Below are positions 53,455 to 64,000 of a stretch of DNA of 64,000 bases, piece after piece; the stretch's first letter is position 1; the number at the start of each line of letters is the position of its first letter. The notes beneath the pieces are model-generated. The model made no database searches and was not told the origin of the DNA. It worked only from the letters and a program-made list of their open reading frames with translations. A program made the translations under genes and the position numbers. Location of the stretch: assembly GCA_002189035.1 (NCBI GenBank), contig NEEC01000016.1, positions 1,550,001-1,614,000 on the forward strand, written 5' to 3'. This DNA comes from Utricularia gibba. Taxonomy: Eukaryota > Plantae > Magnoliophyta.

Positions 53455-54112
53455 ATGGACTCCCCCAATTGGGAATCGGACGAGGGCTCCTCAGCGGCTC
53501 ATCCGAACCCCAGGCGCAAACCAGAACAAGAACAAGGAGAAAAGAAAGATTCTCCTCCCAGGGTTTCCCGTGGTCCGCCAGTTCCACACTCAGAACCCCA
53601 CGGGGTAGGCCTTCCGATGAATCTGCTTTCCAGTGGTTTAGGAGGCTTGAACCACCGCCGAATCCGATTACTGGTGAGTTGGATTTTTTAGGTACGCAGG
53701 GTTTGGTTGTGACTGTGCAGGGGGGAGTACACGCTGTGCCGATGGTAGGATCTCCCGGGGAGATGACCCGAAAGAAGATGCGCCACGGCCAAGGATCCAT
53801 GAAGCAGCCCAGACATGGATCCGGGAAGAAGTGCTATGTTTGTGGTAAAGAGTTCCATTCTGACAAGGCTTTGTTTGGCCACATGCGATCTCATCCCGGA
53901 AGAGGGTGGCGAGGGGTTTACCCTCCGCCGTCTTTTCAAGCTAGCCAAGAATTCGCTGACCTTCGGGATCTTCAACAAGCTGCTATCGCCGCCGTCGCAT
54001 CCCCCATGAGGATACCGCAACATCTTCTGTGCGAGACCGTGGGCAGAATGCGCCGGAGGGGCGCCCTGGCCTGCCGGATCTGAACCACTCGCCGCCATCG
54101 GAAGACAATTAG
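53455..54112 (+). CDS. Single C2H2 zinc-finger protein with C-terminal EAR motif, DAZ3/At4g35610-like, with two 1-nt gaps
   Basis: Finger CYVCGKEFHSDKALFGHMRSHPGRGWRGVYPPP. Adding one G at 53602-05 links ATG 53455 (MDSPNWESDE) to the finger frame. Adding one C at 54001-05 yields the C-terminus GLPDLNHSPPSEDN* (DLNxxP EAR). The exact site of the first gap is inferred. Confidence 0.8.
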
Positions 54113-55399
54113 ATTAATCCTGGAAACCATCCTATGTTTTTGCTTGTTTGTGGTTGTGTGTTTGAGGGATGTCCTGCCTTGTAGTGAAGGCATAGAGTGA
54201 GCCCTTAGAAAACTTTTGATGGATTAGGGTTTCATGATTAGGGCTCATGCCATCCCATGAATGTCTTGTCATATTTGTCGCCTTACTTATGCTACTTCCT
54301 CATCAATAAACATGTTGTGTCTTAATACGTTCTTGTGAGCATCAATCTACAACTACATGGAATCACTAGCTTACTATCAAGGAAACTATCAATCCTCCAA
54401 ATCTAGACTATATCAACATGTGCGTCGCGTTGCGATGTGTCGTGTTGCGATATGTCGCGTTGTGAAATCACAAGTCTCCCTATCATAATCTCACTAAATA
54501 CTTCTAGATATATATCAAGATCTCATCCAACATGAATGTGAATCACCACCCTTGTTTGCAAAGTCCCTCTTCCACATTCCACCTCACATTTATCGGTTTT
54601 ATTACACACATAATGGGATTGTTAGATTTCTAAATCACATTAGTGTCAAAAGGGATATCATTCCCGCCCCTTTTTGTAATCTTTGCAAAAAGACAAAGCG
54701 AGCATCTCAAGTCGTCTCTATCTTCAAACATCACAGCATTTGCTGATTCCTGTCCTCTTTGTCAAAGGATCGCATTGCTTTGCATTGCATTTGGTTGGAG
54801 ACAAAGCATATTAATGAAATAGGTTGCGATTAATGGTGGTCGTAGTTTCCAGCCCACAGAGAAAAGATGCTCGCGGTAAAAATAAAAATAAAAAAAAGCA
54901 AGAAAAGTTGGAGAGTAAAACCGTGAAGGAGATAACTAAAAGCAGGAGATAATTAGTGAGGAGATGTGTGTGTTAAAGGCACAGCTTTTCACCTGAGTCT
55001 CCGGCAGCGTTCTCGTTCTTTTGTGCGTTTCCGAGCACTAAAAGCAATGATTCTGTTCTATGGCGTTAAATGCACATAAGCGTTACAAGGGGAGGGAGTC
55101 CAAGTGGAGCATTCTCCACCCGGCTGGCTGCTCTTAAAGACTAGGGGCCAAGCAATGCCGGAATCTAAAATTATGAACACTTCGTCTTCATTCCAAACAC
55201 CTTTTATTTACAGAGAAAAGCACTCTAGAATGTGTTTCAAAGTGGTTCTTAAAAATATTAAGGTATGGAGGTTCAACTTCTTCTATTTTATTAGAATGAG
55301 TTCAATAACTCAAGATACTAAAGCTTGAAAGAAGGCAATTATACTTCTTGCAGTTATTAAGGAACTAATATCACATTTGATTGCTTTCCCTAATGTTAT

Positions 55400-55797
55400 T
55401 TAAAACGTGGACATGAGTCAACTCGAATATTCTTGGGGTTGACCCAATGTGGATCAGACCCGTTATCTGTAATTATAAAAAATAGGTATGTGACGGGTTC
55501 ACAATACACGGATACAAGTAGATTCAGCGGATTAGGAAGGGTGAGTCTAAACATAATCCAATAACAATAAAAAATGTATTTTTTATAAAATGAGTTTGAC
55601 ATTCCAATCAATTGGGCTTATAGCTTATGAATTAAATCCAATTCATGTTAGTATATATAAATTATGTAATGATTTAGGTTAACATGTGGCCTGAAATGTG
55701 TCTAACATGTTGACCCCTATCTATAAAATCATAATTTTTTATGCTGACTTGACAGATTCAACCCATAACCTATCGGTTTGACCCGTGCTTACCTCTA
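55400..55797. mobile_element. Non-autonomous hAT-like MITE
   Basis: Right end gcttacctcta (reverse complement TAGAGGTAAGC) with GACCC/ACCCG subterminal motifs. The left end is degenerate. Confidence 0.45.
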
Positions 55798-56485
55798 TTT
55801 CTTTAATTCCAATGTAATGCTAAGTTTTGATTTTTCATATCTCATCATATTTTTTAATAATTCCACTACTATTAATTTTTACATGACTAGGATTTTTGAA
55901 AAACTATACTTGATTTTTTGTTATGCTATCTAAAAAATATGAAATATTTTGATGTAGTTCATCATATGACTAATAAATGATTCCGTTTTTAAAGTTTGAA
56001 CATAATTTTGATAACTATTGCAATCTTGTGGTTCGCTGTACACATAGAGAATAACAAGCACGGATTGAAAATGACATTTTTCAAATATATTATTTTATAT
56101 AGCATATAAATTCCTAAAAGTAGATGGGCCCAACAATTTGGAATGATCCGATGGACAGAAGGGTAGGCCCATTTTGGCCCATTGGGATACTAAGTGGGCC
56201 CTTCCCCTAAATGGAAGACAAGAAGCCCAAAGACACAGGTCTGGGGTGGGGACCGCAATCGCATCCCGCCAATCACGGAATGATTGGCTCGGGGTCCACA
56301 ATCTGAAAGGGTTTTCGCATAAATTGAATAATAAAAATTTGTGAGATTAAAAAAAGAGTATAAATAAAAATATGAAGAAATAAATGGATGATGTTGGGGA
56401 GGAAAATATTCGCGTACCCGATCGTTGTCATTATTTCGCCGAATCCCTTGGAATTTCACTCGCTTTACTTTCTTCGCCGGGATCC

Positions 56486-57503
56486 ATGGAGTGGCAAAAG
56501 CAACCGCCGCCGCCGCCGCAGCAGCCGGAGGATCCGGGTGGCGGTGTGTTTGTGAAGGTCATGACCGACGAGCAGATGGAAGTTCTGCGCAAGCAGATTG
56601 CAGTTTACGCCGCCATTTGCGAGCAGCTCGTGGAGTTGCATAAATCCCTTACTTCTCACAACGATCTTGCAGGTACGGAATCCAGGATGTAAATTGAATT
56701 AGCTCCATTTTTTTTTTTTTTGTCGCTGAAGCGCAATCCCTGTCTGTGTTTCAATTGAAAACGCTGCTTATTTTTTGGATTAGGAATGAGGTTGGGAAAT
56801 ATGTATTGTGATACGTTGATTGCATCGGGGACGCACAAAATTACTGGTAGACAGCGGTGGACTCCCACAGCGATGCAACTTCAGATTCTGGAGCGCATGT
56901 TTGATCAGGGAATTGGAACCCCAAGCAAGCAGAAGATCAAGGAAATAACTGGTGAATTGTCACAGCATGGCCAGATTTCTGAAACCAATGTCTATAACTG
57001 GTTCCAGAATCGGCGAGCTCGGTCGAAAAGGAAGCAGCAGTCTACTCCTTCAAACAAGGAAGAATCAGAGGTGGATACTGAAGTTGAATCTCCCACTGAG
57101 AAGAAAGCTAAGCCTCCAGAGTTTCAAGCTCACCACGCGCTAACGTCATCTGCAGGCGATCTCTGCTTTCAGGATCATTCATTTCATTCCGTGGATACTC
57201 TCAATGGGAAGATAGACTCTATTATGTCTCCAGAAGGCAGCTCAAAGTTCGGTGACATTCTTGGGCAAATGCCCTTCTATGGGAGCACGCTGTCCGGTTC
57301 AAGTAACTGTTTCATCTTGACAAGTTGCTTTCTTTTCCTAAAACATAGCTTTATCTGCTTCAATTTTCATCTTTGTTCTCTTTTCTTCGTGTTCAACTCA
57401 CACTTTCTGTTTTAAAGGCGCAGGGATAGATCAGATAATGGGGAAGATGGAAGTTCAAGGAAATTATAATTATTTGCTACAAGATGGCTATAGCATGGAC
57501 TGA
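56486..57503 (+). CDS. WOX13: WOX13-clade homeobox transcription factor
   Basis: Exons 56486-56672, 56784-57302 and 57424-57503. WOX13 motif [30 protein letters not shown]. Homeodomain [34 protein letters not shown]...[19 protein letters not shown]-terminal GKMEV. Confidence 0.96.
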
Positions 57504-58341
57504 TAGCTTGCAGAATATATACATATCATATACAGACTGAAATGCTCCAAGTTGACCTTTGGACAAATGATATTGCTTTGATGCTTTTGGTTTCCTGTTT
57601 TCCTTGCTGTGTGGAGTAAAATCTATTGCAGGATAAAGAATGAACTTCGTGTATGTTAAAAGTTACTGCATTCACTGCGCGATGTATTGTTTTTCTGTAA
57701 TGGAAGCCATGGTGGGAGGTAAAAATGCAGAATATTTGTCTCTCCACTTTTGTGGCTTCCCATGATGACTAGAACTGCCTGATTGTCACGTGTGTAGTGC
57801 TTGAGCTCCTAAGACATCTGCGAGTTCTCTTGAGCATGTCTCTGTGTTATTTTCCTCTGTAATGTAACAGTAAAATAACAGACGTAAAAAACAAAAGACC
57901 TCCAGCACTTGATGGGCAAATTTGTAGGGGGCATTCCACGTGAATGCGGGGACACGGATACGGGGACACATCCGGATCCTTAGATTTTGAGTTAAAAGTG
58001 CCACTTAGTTGAACCATGGTTGCCAATGGTCGGTTTATGTTCAATTATTCATCTATTTCCCAGCATGTGGTGACGCGCACTTGCCGTGTCCTTGTTCTTA
58101 ATCATTTGAAAGAAGCTATCTTGAATTCAGTTTCTATTACAGGAGAAGAAGCACCTCAAAGTCACCAACTACAGTGCTACACCGCAAAGAGGAAAGAAAC
58201 CATACTGTGTTTCCCACTCTATGGCAAGAAAACAAAACAAAAAAAACTTCTTCATGTGATCTCTATATCCCTTTAGATCCATATCATCATCCAAAATAGA
58301 AAGAAACGAAAAATCAGATCCAATAGTATGCTAAAAACCAG

Positions 58342-60047
58342 CTATTGCTTGTGCATCTTGAGCTGAAGGCCGGCCACTCCAGCATTGAGCTTCTCAATCT
58401 TAGGCTCATGACTCACCCCATCCTCATGCTTCTGATCATCCACGTTAAGCCAAGGATGCTGAAGACACTGCCGGACGGAGGGCCGTTTCTCGGGTCGAAA
58501 TCGAGTATCGGTTGAAGGAACTCTGTGAACTCACGAGCATCGCTTTCAGAGAACTTGTACTTGTCAATGAGGAGCCGGCTCAGTGATCCATACTTGAGTC
58601 TTCTGATCCTCTTCAGGTCCCCATATCTGTCGAAGTAATCTTTGGCTCGAGCCCCAGATGTGGCTACCTTTAGATAACAAGTGATGGAACATCATTCACA
58701 ATATTGAAACTCAGTGATATTCAAAAATGATGCATACCTTGCGAGGAATCTTCCCAAGGAGCTCCATCATCAATGCAAGGTGATCCTGCAATTTTCGTTG
58801 GAGAATAAATGATATTGATCCATGTGATGTTTTGGGGACTGATGCAGTTTGTGAAACAGTCAAGAACCATGCAAAGTGAGTAAAAATTGAGGCTTGAAGT
58901 TGTGCATAGAGCAGAGGGATAAATGATCAGAAATGTACCTCATCCTCACTGAAACCTTGACCATTCTTGGGAACAAACATCATCTCACCGGTGGCAAGTT
59001 CGAATGCAGTACAAGCAAATGACCACATATCAGCAGGAAACGAATAGCCAGACTGAAGTATGACTTCTGGAGCTCGATACTGCCTTGTCTGAATCTCTTC
59101 AGCAATTGGCTTATCAGCCCAACACGCATTTCCAAAATCTACAACCTTACATCTCAAATCAATCCCATCCAAGGATCTAGCAGGCTTGGGAACAATGGTG
59201 GGAACTCCCATTGAAGCTCGTCTTTCTGATATCCGAGCAACCGCACTTCTTGCCTTCTGCTTCAGTTTTTTCTCAATGCTGTTCATGGTAGCCCCAACAT
59301 TGGGGTTCCCTTCAGGCCTCTCAAGGATAGGAGTCATTCCTGACCTAACTGGATCTTTCGAAGGGTTAATAGTAGAAAACAGCAGAATGTTCTCCGGCTT
59401 AAGGTCAGTGTGTAAGATTCCCAACTGACAATGCAAGTAATCCAGTGCAGTCAAAATGCATTTGCAGATCTCCCTTACTCTGTTCAGCTCAAGACCCTTG
59501 TATCTGTTATACTTGATCAGTTGAAGTAAACTATCACCAAGAAACTCAAGAACCATGCAGATGTGCTGCCCATTTGGTCCCGAATGCTTGAAGTGATCCA
59601 CTAAGCAGACAACATATTTGCTGTTGGAGGGATCCCCTTTAGCGATCGATGAAAGGATGTCGATTTCATGTAGTGCAGCTTGAGCAAACTGGGGAGCACT
59701 TTTTTGGATTTTCAAGGCAACATATTTCTGACACCAAAATCAAAAAGCTTCAGTCAACAGAGAGCAACAAAAATCGCAATCCTGAAGCTCCCACAGCACC
59801 CACAAACCAAAATGAACGCAAAACAGACAAAAAGAGACAAAGAATCGATTTTTCTTACAGATGTTCGAGTATCGTAAGCTAGCCAAACCGTGGAAAACTG
59901 TCCCCAGCCCAGTTTCTGCTGCGCGATGTATCTCCCAGAAGCGAATGAATCGCCGAACCTGACGGCATGGTACCCTCCTTTCCTATAGGAATCGATTCCT
60001 TCATCTTCGTCCTCCGATCCCGAAGACGAAGAGGGGCAACCAGACAT
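58342..60047 (-). CDS. SRPK: SR-protein kinase (SRPK, group I), with two 1-nt gaps in the last exon
   Basis: Exons 60047-59859, 59727-58939, 58785-58738 and about 58667-58342. Motifs YRKGGYHAVR, KLGWGQFSTVWLA, HTDLKPENIL, DFGNACW, EIQTRQYRAPEV and DHLALMMELLGK. Adding one base at 58492-94 restores DPEKRPSVRQCLQHPWL, and one at 58416-18 restores EKLNAGVAGLQLKMHKQ*. Confidence 0.93.
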
Positions 60048-62816
60048 GGCGATCAACACGACAGGCGATCAGGAATGATGAAAAATATCAGAAGGTCGAG
60101 ATTGGAAAACGCAGAAGGCGAAGGGAAGAAACCGATAAACTGATTCTTATTCAGTGAAATCAAATTGGGGTTTCCTATTTTTGATCAATCCAGAGATGTG
60201 GCCATCAAAACAGGACTCTCTCCACTTTTCCCTCCTCCCTTTTTTCATCCTGAAGCAAGGAATCCATTCATGCAAATGGTAAGGTAAGCTCCATCCCAGG
60301 GATCACATGAGATCGCATCCATCGCATTCACCAACTTTACTGTTTTTGTATTTTCATTAATATTTTCGAGTTACTTAAATTAAAATGCATTTATTATTGA
60401 TCAATATACAAAAAATAAGACTAATATCATTTTAGACTTAACTGTTTAAAAACTGTGACAAAATAGATCTCAATATTTTTAGCAATTAAATCATTTTATT
60501 AGATGTAAACAGATATTTTGGTATATTTTTAATAATAAAACAGATATAATTATTATATTTAAATTTTGGTTTTTTTATGTTAATTATCTTAAATTTATAA
60601 TTAATATTATTATATTTAAAACATTATTTTGATTAAAAAATTTAATCGATTCGTTATAATTGGAATTTTATCTAATATTTCACTAATACTGTTAATCATA
60701 ATTAGATGTAAACATGACTATGAGTCATTTTAATTATTTTATAAATTGACTTTTCCAATAAATACCATATCATTTTTATTATTTTAAATATTATGTTCTT
60801 TACACTTAGCATATGAGATTTTCACAACATTCTTCAACATCCGACCATGCTCAATAACATTAAAAAAGAATTGGAAGATAATGGATTAATTGAAATAGGC
60901 TTTGACAGAGAGGATCAAAATATTACTAATAAAAGTGAATGAGATAAGCTTATACATAGAGGTATTGTTTTGACTTCATATGATTATTGTACTTATGAGG
61001 AACTTATTGGTAAATTATTTTATTTTATTACAAAACATGATCTTTCATTATTTTTGAATGTTGTTTTTAATTACTTTACATTTCATTATTTTCAATTGAT
61101 TTTAGATATTTCATACTATTTTGATCTTTTTGAAAAGAAATTGTATTTTATGGATTCTTAAGATATTTTTAAATAAATTTAAGAATAAATCAAAACCCAA
61201 CAAATTATGAATTTGATAAGCCACGAATCTCAGCCCATGCTTTGGTCAAGGAATAAAGATTTGATTTAAGATTCATGGATAAAATAAATATTTTTAATAT
61301 ATTTAAATAAAATATTTTGATATAAAATTTTATCCAAACACATCAAATAATTTCAATAGGAATACTCAAGTTTCCTCTATTATAAATATCCCACCTTCTT
61401 AATTATTAAAGACATCTTTGGATCACTTTTTTTTATATTTTTTTTCTATTTTTGTATTTATTTTCATATTACAGTCAAACACATGTAGAGTCTTGCAGCT
61501 AAGGATTTGCAATTAAGTTTTGTTTGCGCAAGTCCTACATGTATAACTGATTTATTATGTTTCTCAACATTTAATTTGAGGTATGATTCTATTTTTTGTA
61601 ATATTTTCTTCACCAATGTGCTCTTTAGTACCATTAACTTTAAAAAAGTGTGAGAAAATCTAACAAACACTTAAGGAGAAGAGCTCAATCGTAGATCATT
61701 GATAAGATATATTTTGTATAATTTGTCTACGAGATGTGAAATGTAAGAATTAGATTTAAGTGTGGGAAGAATATGGGTCATCACATGAGATGAAATAGTT
61801 TTGGTGGTGTGATTGATTCTATAATTTTGTTAAACAAAGAATGGAACTATGATGATCGTCAAATAGTAATATTTTAAAGTAGCATCTCCAAAATTTATAC
61901 AAGCAAATCAGTTTTCAAGGTTTACACACACAGGTATAAATGAGTTTTAAGCAAATTGAATCCTAAATCCAAAACCATTATTTATATTGTTTTTAGAACC
62001 AAACTTTTGTTTTGTTTTTTGCCTTCTCGAGTCATTGTTTTGAAATAAAACTTCAATAACAATTTTCTTGTGAATATGATCTTATTTTATTATTTCAACG
62101 ATTTTTATGCACTTGTAAAATTACCATCACTTATCTTAAAAATATCATAGCATTCTCTTTTTGAGTATGAGTATATTAAAAAAATAGTATATAAAATTAT
62201 ATTTTTAGTTGAGAAGTACTCCAATTCAATCATTGAACATGTTAATGACAAATGCTATATAAAATATCAATGAAACAAATAGAATAAATTTGGAAGGTTA
62301 CAACATTCATATTGTGTTGATATATTTGGAATGTCAAATGAAAAAAAAAAATTTTATAGATGAATATTCTTATAAAATTTCTATAGAACTAATAAATAAA
62401 GTTTGTTTATAAATAGTTCACTGAATATAAAATAAATGAAGTACATATAAATGAATGATTATTTGAACTATTTTTTATAATTTCATGATACTCTCACAAT
62501 CAGTCGCTTTAATAGTATCTTACTTTTGTAATATTTTTATCATATTACTATTATTTGTATATATCGTTTAGACATTAATAAAATTTTAATTCTTACTCTT
62601 AAAAAAAAATCATCAGATTGCTTCTATTGTTCATCGTGTAACTTCATTATGGTCTTTTGTTATGTTTTTTCTTTTTTGAAGGTGATCAATAGATGGTTCA
62701 ACTCAGTTATCCTAAGCCTTGCAACAACTCTATAAACAAAACTTCAATGGATCAAAAAATGTTCATTATACATTTATTTTTGAGTTTTTTCTTCTCTTTG
62801 TTTGTATTCATTCTTC

Positions 62817-63454
62817 TTATTCAACATATAGATTCATGTCGTTGCTCCTTGGCTTTTGATTCTTGCTTTTCCTTTGTTTCTGCTTCTGTTTCTTCCTCAA
62901 GGGCCATTGCTTCTTGGATTCTGAAATAGTAGAAGCGGCTTTGATAGCAATAGGACAGTCGCCATTGCTACAAGATTCGTGATTCATGACCTTCAAATCC
63001 AACAGCTTCTCATCCCCCACCAACAAATCATCTTCCTCCAATGAAAGAAGATCTTTGCAAGTTTCATCACAATTAATCACCACCTCGACCACCATCTTCT
63101 CATCAACTTGGATCATACAAGGCATCTTCTCATATTTATCTTTGGTTTGAAAAAAGAAAAAGAAACTCAATTCATAAAACCACTTTATTATATATGCTTG
63201 TCTAAATTTTCAATACTGACCTTGATTTTCAACCCCTTTGTTGCCATTTCCAATTTTTTTAATGCTCCCACTACTTCTTGTCTTCCTCATGTGGCCCTTT
63301 TCTTCTCCTTTAAAACAAACCTTTTCCCTTGTCATATGGAAGAACACACATTACTCTTGATGGAGGAAGATATGGTGGGCTTCAGATAGTTGGGAGCCCA
63401 TCTTGCCATTGTCATCTTTTTATCAATAACATTGTTTCTTCTTCCAGAGGCCAT
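62817..63454 (-). pseudogene. Putative plant calmodulin-binding-protein-like gene, frameshifted as assembled
   Basis: ATG 63454 opens MASGRRNNVIDKKMTMARWAPNYLKPTISS (P.YL.PTISS motif). GT donor at about 63220, AG acceptor at about 63141, then an E/K-rich ORF. At least two indels are needed to join the frames. Confidence 0.35.
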
Positions 63455-64000
63455 GTAATGTAAGAAAAGGATAATGATGAAATGATGGAGGCAATATCAA
63501 GGGAAGAGAGACGGAGACAAAGAGAGAGAGGAGGCAAATCAGCAAATAACATGGATAGCCATTAACCATAATTAGTACTTTCTTAATCTAGGGGTATGTT
63601 CTAAACACCTTTTGGTTTCTCATTCTCATTTCTAATAAAATGAGGATGAGCAAATATGAGAATGAGTTTTTTTATAAAATGTAAAATATGTAATAATAAT
63701 ATTCTGTTAGTTAATGAGAATGTAAAATAAATATGCTGAAAAATGACTAAAATGCCCTACCATTAAATAAATATGTTATTTTCTTTATATTTCTTTAGAG
63801 TAAACTAATATCATTAAAGTTTAAATTATTTAAATAAATTATGTGAAAACACAATAAACATAAAAAAATTCATATAATATGTTGATTTATGCCTTTTAAT
63901 TCAATGTTGATCATGATATTCTCGCCACATAGTAGAATGAATGGTTTTCTTTAAATCATCTATCAAATTATTATTCATTTCAATATCATGTTGTTCTTCA

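Noticed and set aside
54761-54780. Second miR393-like or target-like word, gtcaaaggatcgcattgctt
   Set aside because: It needs gaps and mismatches, has no precursor fold and no TIR1/AFB coding context; a chance match.

Overview
Angiosperm nuclear DNA with AT-rich intergenic space, compact GC-richer genes and short introns. From left to right: a 295-bp tandem repeat; a tandem family of three two-exon secreted GRP-type (glycine-rich-protein signal peptide) genes, one Gly-rich and two recoded into C-x-C-x4-C-x-C Cys-rich peptides; TE debris (Tat gypsy, hAT); a full-length Ty1/Copia element with LTRs, PBS, PPT and TSD; then a developmental and cell-cycle gene block (WUSCHEL, At5g66230-like gene, type-I ROP GTPase, FBS4-like F-box, FD-like bZIP, cyclin B2). 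A nested TE cluster (Tekay, Athila, hAT, PIF) follows at about 39.5-52 kb, then a DAZ3-like C2H2 zinc-finger gene, WOX13, an SRPK kinase and a degenerate calmodulin-binding-like gene. Several otherwise intact genes carry single-base deletions in G/C runs, which points to assembly consensus error rather than real pseudogenes. The most novel candidate is the GRP-derived Cys-rich peptide pair, whose exon 2 differs only by amino-acid-changing codons. All calls are from manual reading and remembered family motifs; no searches were run.
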